Positions 1 through 7,860 of a stretch of DNA of 61,269 nucleotides are shown here, one piece after another. Made by a program: the position numbers and the translations under genes. Each line of letters begins with the position of its first letter. Positions within the stretch are counted from its first letter, which is position 1. Under the pieces are notes generated by a model. It was given only the letters and a program-made list of their open reading frames with translations, did not search any database and was not told the DNA's origin. The stretch is from a virus (lineage: Duplodnaviria; Caudoviricetes): the IMG/VR virus record IMGVR_UViG_3300032273_000002, positions 1-61,269 of that record; one strand, written 5' to 3'.

Positions 1-115
1 TTTCGTAATACTCCCTGTGCGCACGCATGAGGTGTTCTTCGGCTTCTTTATTTTGATCAATTTTTGTTTCATCCTCGATTTTTCTATAATCGACGTATTC
101 TTTGTCCTCGGGCAT
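1..115 (-). CDS. Hypothetical protein, 3'-truncated by window edge (MPEDKEYVDYRKIEDE...)
   Basis: GAGGAGG SD 7 nt before ATG at 115; frame is open to position 1. Confidence 0.7.
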   Translation of the reverse strand, partial: MPEDKEYVDYRKIEDETKIDQNKEAEEHLMRAHREYYE

Positions 116-128
116 TGCAAACCTCCTC

Positions 129-371
129 TTAAAAAATTTGCTTGTCTAAAAGTATTTGGTATGCCTCTTCGAAAAAGGCGCCAAAAAGCGGCATGTGCGA
201 TCGGTTGGCGTAGAGGCCTTTTTGTAAGATGGGATCCTCGACGGCACTGTAGCACCTGTAGCAAAACGCATAACCAGGTTTTTTTTCATTGCCGCACAGG
301 CACTCTTCGCTGGTTAATGTTTTCCGGTAAAAATCAAAGTCTTCTTGTTTCGCGTTCACCTTTATTTCCAT
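129..371 (-). CDS. Small putative Zn-finger protein
   Basis: AAGGAGG SD; CxC...CxxC motif (CLCG...CYRC). Confidence 0.75.
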   Translation of the reverse strand: MEIKVNAKQEDFDFYRKTLTSEECLCGNEKKPGYAFCYRCYSAVEDPILQKGLYANRSHMPLFGAFFEEAYQILLDKQIF

Positions 372-389
372 GGGGCGCCTCCTTTTGTC

Positions 390-491
390 GTAAAAAAAAG
401 GATGGCAGCGAGCCGGAAGGCATATACAATAAACGGCAGATCAGAACCCTTTTTTGCGCCTCAGGACCCTATGTCCTGGCCCGCCACCATC
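390..491 (-). terminator. Long-stem structured element ending in U8 (terminator, attenuator or sRNA)
   Basis: 14-bp stem gatggtggcgggcc/ggctcgctgccatc (three G-U pairs, complete only on the minus strand), inner hairpin caggac/gtcctg, followed by T8. Confidence 0.65.
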
Positions 492-497
492 ACACAC

Positions 498-680
498 TTA
501 GCGCCGCCGGTACTGATCGATATCGGTGATCTCGTCCATCAGCGCTTTTTTCTTTTCCACATCCCCATATCTGACTTGCGTAACCCCGCGAAGCGTTTTT
601 TTTCGTTTCTTGCGCCGCTGCTCGGCGCTTTCTTCTCTTTCTTTTTTTTTGCCGAAAATTCTTCTGATTGTTTTTCTCAT
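498..680 (-). CDS. Small Lys/Arg-rich hypothetical protein
   Basis: 60-aa ORF MRKTIRRIFGKKKER...; start at ATG 680 preferred over the track start at 758, which lies inside hairpins. Confidence 0.6.
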   Translation of the reverse strand: MRKTIRRIFGKKKEREESAEQRRKKRKKTLRGVTQVRYGDVEKKKALMDEITDIDQYRRR

Positions 681-791
681 GAGGTGCCCCTGCGGTTGGT
701 TAAGTGTGCGGCCGGGGGTGGTGAGTCCCCGGCCGCGAGAGGAGGCCGCTCGGTCCAATTTGGACCTCGAGCCCGCTTTATTGTAGCCGGT

Positions 792-1541
792 TTAGAATAA
801 GATCGGCAAGCTATTATCAACGATGTTGATTTCAAGGTAATCTCTAATCGCTTTTTTATAGTCCAGTTGCCAGTGCAGGTTTTTCACCGGCGATAGCGAA
901 ACCATCGGCTCCTTGTTTTGCATGCTAAGCCGAATGTAATAATTGACCTCGGCGGGCTCGAGCTCGGTGAAGCTGACAAATGGTCGCAAGTTTAAACTGT
1001 TTCTCACCTCGTGAGCCCCCACCCGCACATGGCCTTTTTTCGCGGTAATCGATTGCGAAACACCATCGTCAAGAAAGGCCTGTTGGCTCTCATATACCCA
1101 GCTGCTCAGGGTCTCGACCAAATAGTCACGGTCGCTGCTCTCTGCAAAGAGTGTCAGCAAGTTAATGATCGCCGCCTCCAGTTTATAACTTTGAGGCTCG
1201 AGCGTTGCCACGGTAGCTTTGCCATGCGTGGGACCTGCAGTCGCCTTGGCCATGACGCACACCTCTCGGCGGTTCCACTGGTCGAGTTCCCATACCAAAC
1301 TAACCAGCCAGGGGCTCTCAATATGCAGATATTTCGATCGGTTGGGGTTGTGGTTGTCGGGGTTTGTGTTGATGTATTCGATGAGACTGGTAAGGGTTGA
1401 GACCTCAAGAGCGCTGCTTAGCTCCGTTTTGATCGGCTTGAATCCATGAACCGTTTGGGCGAAATCCTCGCCATTGATTTGGACTATCTCGGGCCGTGTG
1501 TGTTCCAAAACCCACTCGCTGAATTTAACTAAATCTATCAT
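792..1541 (-). CDS. Conserved phage protein (YfdQ/DUF2303-like)
   Basis: 249 aa with motifs TLTSLIEY, DDGVSQSIT and LRPFVSFTELEP; coupled to the upstream gene as in the commonly seen gene pair. Confidence 0.6.
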   Translation of the reverse strand: MIDLVKFSEWVLEHTRPEIVQINGEDFAQTVHGFKPIKTELSSALEVSTLTSLIEYINTNPDNHNPNRSKYLHIESPWLVSLVWELDQWNRREVCVMAKATAGPTHGKATVATLEPQSYKLEAAIINLLTLFAESSDRDYLVETLSSWVYESQQAFLDDGVSQSITAKKGHVRVGAHEVRNSLNLRPFVSFTELEPAEVNYYIRLSMQNKEPMVSLSPVKNLHWQLDYKKAIRDYLEINIVDNSLPILF

Positions 1542-1879
1542 CAGACCTCCTCACGTTTAAATTCTGCCACTTTTAGCTGTAGCTCCTGCTGTTGGTATGC
1601 TTTAAGCATCCGCGCCACCATTTTGCCCCTCTCACGGCCGCAGACAAAGCGACCTTCCCACTCGCGGTTGTCGGCCAATTTTGTTTTAACCCCAACTTTG
1701 ACCACATGCATCCCCGAAACCCTGTCGGGCACGATGGTAAACTCCAGGTTGATGCGCCGGCTCTGATCGCCGGTGTTCGGGTCATCGATGTTCTCGAGCA
1801 CCTTGCCCAGGGCATCGTCGAAGAGCTCGATGGCCGCCTTGATCTCGGTTAAGCTCAAGTGTTGCTCAGATGTAATCAT
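1541..1879 (-). CDS. Conserved phage protein (often labelled 'replication terminator protein', YfdP-like)
   Basis: Motif VLENIDDPNT...RRINLEFTIVP...VKTKLA; GAGGAGG SD. Confidence 0.6.
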   Translation of the reverse strand: MITSEQHLSLTEIKAAIELFDDALGKVLENIDDPNTGDQSRRINLEFTIVPDRVSGMHVVKVGVKTKLADNREWEGRFVCGRERGKMVARMLKAYQQQELQLKVAEFKREEV

Positions 1880-1890
1880 ACAGCCTCCTC

Positions 1891-3228
1891 TCAGTAGTCA
1901 CATTGTTGATGTTTCGCCAAACTCGCAAATTCCATTTGATTCTCGATGAAGAGCAATCTGACCGTTCCTACGGGTCCGTTGCGCTGTTTGGCAAGGATTA
2001 TTTCAGCCGTGTGGCGGTGAGGATCGTTGGGATCGCGGTTGTAGGCCGCACTCCTGAACAACAGCAGGACGTTGTCGGCGTCTTGCTCTAAATCTCCCGA
2101 ATCCCTCAGATCGCTCAGCCGCGGGCGCTTATCGGGGCGCTCCTCACACTTGCGGTTGAGCTGATTTAACACCATAATAGGCACCTTCAATTCTTTGGCC
2201 GCAGCCTTGATCGCTCGGCTGATCTGGCCGATCTCGGTCACTCGGCTGCGCTGGTCATCGCCTGATAAAAATCCCATATAATCAATAATAACGAACTTGA
2301 CGCCTTCCTTCATCACGGCCCGGTGCATTTTCCGGATGAGCTCGCCGTAGTGCATCCTCGGCGTATCGTCGAGAAGAATTGGAAACGTGTGCAGCTCGTT
2401 GGCCGCATTGCTGATATCCTGCCAATCCTGGGGTGACAAACACCCGCTTCGAAAGCGCTGGCTGCTGACCTTGCTCTGCAGGCCAAGCAGGCGGGTGACC
2501 ATCTGGATCCTGGCCATCTCGAGGCTAAAAATCGCGGTCTTAACCTGGTTCTCGCCGAGGTTGCGGGCAATGTTGAGCGCAAGGGCGGTCTTGCCCATCG
2601 AGGGCCGGCCGGCCAAAATCGTCACCTCTCCGGCATGCACCCCGCCGGTCAGCTGGTCCAGATCAGCAAAGCCGGTGGCGATTCCGCCGGTGCCGCCCCG
2701 CTTGGCGACCGCCTCGATGTGCTCGATAGTCTCGTCCAGGACCGTGTCAACGGAAACGAGCTCCCGGGATTGCTGTCCGATATCAACTTGAAGGATTTTG
2801 GCGTAACTTTCGGCCAGCACCTGTTCGGCATTGCCGTTGGCGTTAAATGCCAGCGATGAGATTTCATACGCGGCGGTGATCAGCTGCCTCATCGCGGCTT
2901 TCTGCAGCAACACGTTGGCGTAATGCTCATCGTCTGATGGCAGCGGCACATCGCCCAAAAGCTTGGCGAGCATGGTGACGCCGCCGGCAGCATCCAAGCG
3001 CTTGGTGCGCACCAGGGCCTCTCGCAGTGTGTTGACATCGATCGGATCGCTCCGGACGGTAAGGGCGGTGATAGCGTTGAAAATGATTTGATGTTTGGTC
3101 GCATAAAAATGTTTTGGCCTGAGTTTGCCTAAAAAATAATATCGGGACTCATCGAAGAGCAACGCTGCGGAGAGCACCGATTCTTCAAAATCCAGGTTTT
3201 GTGGTGGTGGTATCCCGTTGTTGATCAT
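1891..3228 (-). CDS. dnaB: Replicative DNA helicase DnaB
   Basis: N-terminal PPQNLDFEESVL; Walker A GRPSMGKT; FSLEM; IIDY; QLNR; DLRDSGDLEQDAD; KQRNGP. Confidence 0.97.
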   Translation of the reverse strand: MINNGIPPPQNLDFEESVLSAALLFDESRYYFLGKLRPKHFYATKHQIIFNAITALTVRSDPIDVNTLREALVRTKRLDAAGGVTMLAKLLGDVPLPSDDEHYANVLLQKAAMRQLITAAYEISSLAFNANGNAEQVLAESYAKILQVDIGQQSRELVSVDTVLDETIEHIEAVAKRGGTGGIATGFADLDQLTGGVHAGEVTILAGRPSMGKTALALNIARNLGENQVKTAIFSLEMARIQMVTRLLGLQSKVSSQRFRSGCLSPQDWQDISNAANELHTFPILLDDTPRMHYGELIRKMHRAVMKEGVKFVIIDYMGFLSGDDQRSRVTEIGQISRAIKAAAKELKVPIMVLNQLNRKCEERPDKRPRLSDLRDSGDLEQDADNVLLLFRSAAYNRDPNDPHRHTAEIILAKQRNGPVGTVRLLFIENQMEFASLAKHQQCDY

Positions 3229-3511
3229 TTATCCTCCATGGCTCAGGGCCTTGATAGGCTGACGCCCAGGTATGCAACGCACCGAGCGATGGGAATTTGC
3301 CGAAGGTGTCCTCCAGCATCAGGTGCTCGGCGGCAAGTTTTAAGTAATAAGGCGTGAATTTTTTTAGATATTTGTAATAGATCCGTTTTGTTTCCTCGGG
3401 CAGCTTGTGCTGATACGAATCCTCGAGCATTTGAATAATCACATCGAATTCCCTGGGCAGGCACCGCGGGTTTGTGACTTTTTGGGGCGGCTGCCAGCCG
3501 TGGGCCATCAT
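3185..3511 (-). CDS. Putative helicase loader/inhibitor (G39P/P-like)
   Basis: Lies between the initiator and dnaB; helical with a KFPSLGAL motif. Likely start is MMAHGW at 3511, because the track start at 3682 overlaps the initiator. Confidence 0.55.
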   Translation of the reverse strand: MMAHGWQPPQKVTNPRCLPREFDVIIQMLEDSYQHKLPEETKRIYYKYLKKFTPYYLKLAAEHLMLEDTFGKFPSLGALHTWASAYQGPEPWRINDQQRDTTTTKPGF

Positions 3512-3533
3512 GATCTCTCTTGCCCGCTCGAAT

Positions 3534-4391
3534 TCACGCTTGTCGTTGTTCGTTCCGGATGATGCCTCTGAGGTATTTTTCGTCGATTTTTCCACCTGGC
3601 TTGTCTCCTTTTTTGAAATTCTTGTCGTTATAGATCTTGATCGCCTTTTCCACTGTCTCTTCGCTGTAAGGTTTCCCGCCATTTTTGGCGCCCGCCAAAG
3701 TCCACTTGACGAGATTCGCCAAGGTGCTCGATAAAATTTGTCCGGATTTTCGGGCCCCGCACATATTCAATACGAGATCCTGGATCGGTTCTTGTTTAAA
3801 TTTTTTAAGGTAATCAGCTTCGGCAGGGTGAAATTTTTCGAATTTTTTAAAAATATCAAAATTGAAAAATGAATTGTCTGGATTCATCCAGACCGGCATG
3901 TCCGAGGTGTCGGACATGTCCTTTTGTTGTTCTATTAATTGTTGTCCTATAATGGTAAAAAATCGCGATTGGTTTTTTCCCGGGTTTTTGATTGGTTTTT
4001 TGATTGGTTTTTTGGATTCGTTTTTATCTTGGTATTTATTATAATTACTGATAGTTATAATCCGCTTTCTATTGGTTTTTTGATTGGTTTTTTGATTGGT
4101 TATTCTATTGGTTGCTATTAACCCCTTGATTCCACTGCGAATTTGCTGTCTTGAGTACCTTTTTTCGACGCCGCGACTTTTCCACTTGAGCGCCTTGCGA
4201 AGCTTTTCGACCGAGGTCAACATTTGGCCGCGTTTGAGCTCCACACCTTCGATGGTGATCGGGCTATGGGTTGCCATCGTGATCAAGTAGCTAAAAATCT
4301 CGCGCTCAACCGGGGTCATTTTTGCGGCACTTTTTCTCCAGAACTTTCTGTAAAAACAGATAAAACCACCACAGCCAGGAGTTATTGACAT
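3534..4391 (-). CDS. Phage replication initiator (lambda O/DnaD-like)
   Basis: GFICFYRK, LKRGQMLTSVEKL, IITISNYNKYQ and C-terminal YLRGIIRN motifs; internal iterons; GAGGAGGT SD before ATG 4391. Confidence 0.85.
   Translation of the reverse strand: MSITPGCGGFICFYRKFWRKSAAKMTPVEREIFSYLITMATHSPITIEGVELKRGQMLTSVEKLRKALKWKSRGVEKRYSRQQIRSGIKGLIATNRITNQKTNQKTNRKRIITISNYNKYQDKNESKKPIKKPIKNPGKNQSRFFTIIGQQLIEQQKDMSDTSDMPVWMNPDNSFFNFDIFKKFEKFHPAEADYLKKFKQEPIQDLVLNMCGARKSGQILSSTLANLVKWTLAGAKNGGKPYSEETVEKAIKIYNDKNFKKGDKPGGKIDEKYLRGIIRNEQRQA
3967..4113. repeat. Iteron array / probable replication origin inside the initiator gene
   Basis: Seven ATTGGTT cores (full unit TGATTGGTTTTT, 12-bp period) in two clusters flanking an AT-rich spacer with TTATAA...TTATAA. 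Confidence 0.85.
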
Positions 4392-4672
4392 ACCCCACCT
4401 CCTCTCGTAAATATGTAATAATTTAGGATGCTTGTCGCGTGTTGCCGGGAAGGAAAAGAATGGTCGCTGCGAAGACAAGCTCTGATAAAAAGCTAATCAA
4501 AATCTTGAGAAAAAATCAAGCGAAAAATGAAAAAAAAATTACCGGTAAGTCGCCCTTAAGTCGGAGGAGCTATACTTAGCTCTCCAGAGCGTCATCACTT
4601 TTAAGGGGTAATGAGTTTTAGGTATTTCGGCAGTAAGATAATGAAGGGGCAGATGTAATGAAGTTGTCCAGA

Positions 4673-4736
4673 GGTTTTATGAATAAAAGATCCAGCTCGA
4701 CCAGGGTTTTATGGATAAAAGATCCGGCTCGACCAG
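4673..4736. repeat. 32-bp tandem duplication of the 3' end of the NinB-like gene
   Basis: ggttttatgaataaaagatccagctcgaccag (4673-4704) versus ggttttatggataaaagatccggctcgaccag (4705-4736); 2 mismatches. Confidence 0.9.
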
Positions 4737-5140
4737 TCTATGCATTGATTTGGGTCTGGAATCGCTAAGTTTAAAAATTCCGCTGCCCATCGCTTGATTT
4801 TTGCGTGATATTTCTCGGCCTCATCTGTCTCGAGGCTGCTGTAGCTTTTAACGATCATCAAGCCGCTTTTCGCATCGACCTCCGAAAGAAACCGAATCTT
4901 TAGTGCGGTGTGCATTTCAGCCTTGGAATCCACACCGGTTTCATCGCAGAGCATCGCTACGATCACCCCAAAATAATAGCGCATTTGGGGCAGCGAGACC
5001 TGTTTGCCTCGCTTGCGCACGATCACCTCGAGCTCGGTCCCATCCCGAAACCTCGACAGGTACGCCGCAAACCGATCTTGCTCTCTAAAATCGAGCTTCT
5101 GTTTGCCTTTAATCTTTTTCGCTTGCCAGATCGGGACCAT
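4709..5140 (-). CDS. NinB/Orf-like recombination-associated protein
   Basis: SLPQMRYYFGVIV...EMHTALKIRFL...SSLETDE...WAAEFLNLAIPDP pattern. Confidence 0.7.
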   Translation of the reverse strand: MVPIWQAKKIKGKQKLDFREQDRFAAYLSRFRDGTELEVIVRKRGKQVSLPQMRYYFGVIVAMLCDETGVDSKAEMHTALKIRFLSEVDAKSGLMIVKSYSSLETDEAEKYHAKIKRWAAEFLNLAIPDPNQCIDWSSRIFYP

Positions 5141-5564
5141 GCTCGTCCTGCTTTATCATGTTCTCCAGCCGCTGGCTGATTTCCCTGTAAACGCGATACC
5201 ACTCGGAGTCCGTATTATAACTTGACTTCTCTATTATAGACATGATCCCCGCGGTTAAGACGTTTGTCAGGATATAGCTCATTAGAGCGTTTTTATCTTT
5301 ATGGTCGTCTACCCGCAGAGAGACAAGGTTGCGCAGCGAGTCAATTAGTTTCCTGGACATCGGCATTACAACCTTGGAGCGGGATTGCACAGATTCTCGA
5401 GCGAATTCGGTAGGGGAAAAATGAATGGCGACATCTTGAGCCAGTAAGGTGCTTAAAAAGATAATCATTTCATTAGAATCAAGTGAGCGAACCAGCTGTT
5501 TGATCAACTCAAAGCGCACATCATTTCGGGAAATGTTAATTATTTGAAATTGGTCTTCGCCCAT
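5109..5564 (-). CDS. Hypothetical protein (lower GC than neighbours)
   Basis: 151-aa ORF overlapping both neighbours in the same operon. Confidence 0.7.
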   Translation of the reverse strand: MGEDQFQIINISRNDVRFELIKQLVRSLDSNEMIIFLSTLLAQDVAIHFSPTEFARESVQSRSKVVMPMSRKLIDSLRNLVSLRVDDHKDKNALMSYILTNVLTAGIMSIIEKSSYNTDSEWYRVYREISQRLENMIKQDEHGPDLASEKD

Positions 5565-5847
5565 TGATTTTTTTCCAATCTACTTTAATCTCGTGGTCTT
5601 CGATTTTCCGGTGACAGCTAAAGCAAACCGTGAAGCAGTTATCAAGCGTATCGCCTCCGCCGGCGCCGCGGCTCTTTGCATGGTGGATCTGCAGGCCCTT
5701 CGGGTCATTGCACATCCGGCAGACCGTACACAGCCAGCTGTCAACCTCATGCACCCACCGTTTGAATTTGCGGTACTGCGCCGCGCTGAGCCGGTTGGCT
5801 CGCTTTGGTACAGCAAAGCCAGACCAATCAACTGGCAGCGGCGGCAT
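5536..5847 (-). CDS. HNH endonuclease
   Basis: CxxC...QIHHAKSRGAGGGDTLDNCFTVCFSCH. Confidence 0.9.
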   Translation of the reverse strand: MPPLPVDWSGFAVPKRANRLSAAQYRKFKRWVHEVDSWLCTVCRMCNDPKGLQIHHAKSRGAGGGDTLDNCFTVCFSCHRKIEDHEIKVDWKKINGRRPISNN

Positions 5848-6115
5848 AGCCTTTTAACCTTTCCCTGATCTGGCGACGAACCGACGTCACCTCATCTTTC
5901 GGACTCATCATATCGGAGACTGAAACCTCGCCTTTTGTCAGCACCTGAATTCTCAGTGCCAGGTTATAGCTGCACCGCCGGTCGCGACTCGGTTTTTTCT
6001 GATTCAACAAAGTGGAGGCCCAGCCCGGGGTGATGTCAAGCAAGAACGCCAGCTCGTTGGTGGTCAACCGAGGCTGCTTCTTTTTCCATTCCATTAATTT
6101 GTTGCTCATTGGCAA
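5828..6115 (-). CDS. Cro-like HTH transcriptional regulator
   Basis: ELAFLLDITPGWASTLLN helix-turn-helix and LALRIQVLTKGEVS (YdaS-like tail); first gene after the leftward promoter; AAGGAG SD. Confidence 0.8.
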   Translation of the reverse strand: MPMSNKLMEWKKKQPRLTTNELAFLLDITPGWASTLLNQKKPSRDRRCSYNLALRIQVLTKGEVSVSDMMSPKDEVTSVRRQIRERLKGYAAAAS

Positions 6116-6144
6116 GCTCCTTTCTATAGAGTTATACGTTTCGC

Positions 6145-6173
6145 ATCGTATTGAAATTTAATCAAGTTGTCAA
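6145..6173 (-). promoter_or_regulatory. Leftward sigma70-type promoter
   Basis: TTGACA-17 nt-TACGAT on the minus strand. Confidence 0.8.
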
Positions 6174-6204
6174 ACAAAAACTTAAGAGCCTCTTTAAAAA
6201 AGTC

Positions 6205-6234
6205 TTGACAAGTTCTGTAGACATGCCGTATGGT
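6205..6234 (+). promoter_or_regulatory. Rightward sigma70-type promoter
   Basis: TTGACA-18 nt-TATGGT, back to back with the leftward promoter. Confidence 0.7.
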
Positions 6235-6323
6235 GAGGGTGGGGATCTATCTTTTAACCGGCAGCAGAAAAGGAGAGGAAATGCAACGATTGGCATCACA
6301 GCGGATGATGGAGGACAAAGCGT

Positions 6324-6557
6324 ATGTCTGAAAAAGAGCTATCAGTTGAGGTGACATGTCAGCAAGTGGTCGTTTTCAGGTCACAGGAGCTCGGTGTTTA
6401 CGATGGCTATAGCAACATTGGCCTGGGCGTCGACATCAACTGCCTGCTCACGGTTGACCCTGTCAGCGATAAAGAGGTAAAGCTTTTTATCGATGTGCCG
6501 GAGAACTGGGAGCAGCCAGTCGAGTTGTCGGAGAACTGTACGGTTTTAACCTGGTAG
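6324..6557 (+). CDS. Hypothetical acidic protein
   Basis: GGAGG SD; 77 aa. Confidence 0.7.
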   Translation: MSEKELSVEVTCQQVVVFRSQELGVYDGYSNIGLGVDINCLLTVDPVSDKEVKLFIDVPENWEQPVELSENCTVLTW

Positions 6558-6575
6558 TGGAGACAAGGAGGTTAA

Positions 6576-6803
6576 GTGAGATTTGAAGACTTTGCCGGCG
6601 GCATGATCGCCGTATCAAGAGAAGTCGTTGACGCGAAACAAGTGGAGCTCACTCGCTTGTTGAATTTATCCAGTGGAGCGATGAGCCAAGTTGAAGGCGG
6701 CATAAAAGGCCTCAGGGCCGAAAAACTATTGATGGCCCTGGATTACCTCGGCGTCGACTTGAACTGGTTTTGGAAGGAATGGAGCATTCACAAATACACA
6801 TGA
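6576..6803 (+). CDS. XRE-family HTH regulator
   Basis: QVELTRLLNLSSGAMSQVEGG...LGVDLNWF; AAGGAGG SD with GTG start. Confidence 0.85.
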   Translation: MRFEDFAGGMIAVSREVVDAKQVELTRLLNLSSGAMSQVEGGIKGLRAEKLLMALDYLGVDLNWFWKEWSIHKYT

Positions 6804-6817
6804 GAGGAGATAACGCG

Positions 6818-7012
6818 ATGGCCCAACATCAGCACCCGATCGAACTCAGAGATGAAATCGAGGATCCCAACTCCATGATGCTGAAGTATTTGGTCAGCTG
6901 TGAGGGATGCTCATGGAAAGGGGTTGCCGGCGATCTGTACGCCGACAAACTTGGCAAAGATAAACTGCTGCGGTGCCCTCTTTGCGGCTCAGCAGGCTGG
7001 ACCTGGGATTAA
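6818..7012 (+). CDS. Small Zn-ribbon protein
   Basis: CEGC...CPLCGS; AGGAG SD before ATG 6818. Confidence 0.7.
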   Translation: MAQHQHPIELRDEIEDPNSMMLKYLVSCEGCSWKGVAGDLYADKLGKDKLLRCPLCGSAGWTWD

Positions 7013-7020
7013 GGAGACAC

Positions 7021-7341
7021 ATGAAATATTTACGACAAAGATTTGTAAGCAGCCAGTTCGGCATGGTCCAGCTTGTTAAAGGCTATTACAAGGGCGGCCA
7101 CATGGCGCTGCGGGTAAACGACACACAAGGGCTGCCGGTTGCTATTTTAACTGTGAGCATCCCCCAGGCCGAGCACCTACTAAAAAGGGGCGAATTTTTT
7201 ATCAAGACCTGGGGCGAGAACAAGACAATCGCCGCAGACGCCTTAAAGTCCGGTCTGTTTAAAAACACCGGATCTGTGGTCGAAGTGGGCAATGTGACCG
7301 CTCAAATCTGGCGCTTCACCAAACCATCTGAAAGGAAATGA
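7021..7341 (+). CDS. Hypothetical protein (DUF4313-like)
   Basis: AILTVSIP...FFIKTWGEN...GLFKNTG pattern; AAGGAG SD before ATG 7021. Confidence 0.6.
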   Translation: MKYLRQRFVSSQFGMVQLVKGYYKGGHMALRVNDTQGLPVAILTVSIPQAEHLLKRGEFFIKTWGENKTIAADALKSGLFKNTGSVVEVGNVTAQIWRFTKPSERK

Positions 7342-7529
7342 TGAAATTCATTAAATGTCACTACATCGCTGCGGGCGAGCATGGCAAGAAGACCAGCACC
7401 CGCACGCTCTGCAGCGTTGGCTACTCGAGAAAACGGCGCTACGATCCCATTTTCTTTTACGTTACAGATGACCTTAGGAAAGTCACTTGTAAACTCTGCC
7501 TTAAAAAGATAGGGCGCTTAAAAGGTTGA
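7338..7529 (+). CDS. Small His/Cys Zn-binding protein
   Basis: H...LC...VTCKLC; overlaps the upstream stop codon. Confidence 0.65.
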   Translation: MMKFIKCHYIAAGEHGKKTSTRTLCSVGYSRKRRYDPIFFYVTDDLRKVTCKLCLKKIGRLKG

Positions 7530-7569
7530 CAGTTTATCGACATTTATATAGGCAAACAAGGAAAGGCAA

Positions 7570-7860
7570 ATGAAAAACAACTGTTATACATGTGAATTCA
7601 GGGGCTCGGTCCCAGGCGATGCGCATAGCTGCTGTCGGCACCCCGATTTAAAGGGCGTAACCGACGACCCGATTTCGGGATTGATCGAAGCGTTATCATC
7701 GGCGCACAGAATTAAATCAGCGGTGCAGGCGGTGGCCGACAAATTTAGGATACAGGCCAATTATCACGGCATCAAGCAGGGCTGGTTTTATTGGCCCTGG
7801 AATTTTGACCCGGTTTGGCTGGAAAACTGCAACGCTTACAAGAGAAAGGAGTCGGCATGA
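7570..7860 (+). CDS. Small Cys-rich phage protein
   Basis: CYTC...GDAHSCCRHP...GWFYWPWNFDPVWLENC; AAGGA SD; TTGACA at 7526. Confidence 0.75.
   Translation: MKNNCYTCEFRGSVPGDAHSCCRHPDLKGVTDDPISGLIEALSSAHRIKSAVQAVADKFRIQANYHGIKQGWFYWPWNFDPVWLENCNAYKRKESA

Noticed and set aside
3967-4113. CRISPR or TIGR array
   Set aside because: These are 12-bp tandem units without unique spacers inside a replication gene, so iterons explain them better.
4560-4635. Hammerhead ribozyme (TGATGA plus CGAAA on the minus strand)
   Set aside because: The core is GUGAUGA rather than CUGAUGA, and I could not build stems I-III around the motifs.
7526-7555. Internal early promoter (TTGACA at 7526)
   Set aside because: The -35 is perfect but no good -10 lies at 16-18 nt spacing; possible, but not supported enough to list as a feature.
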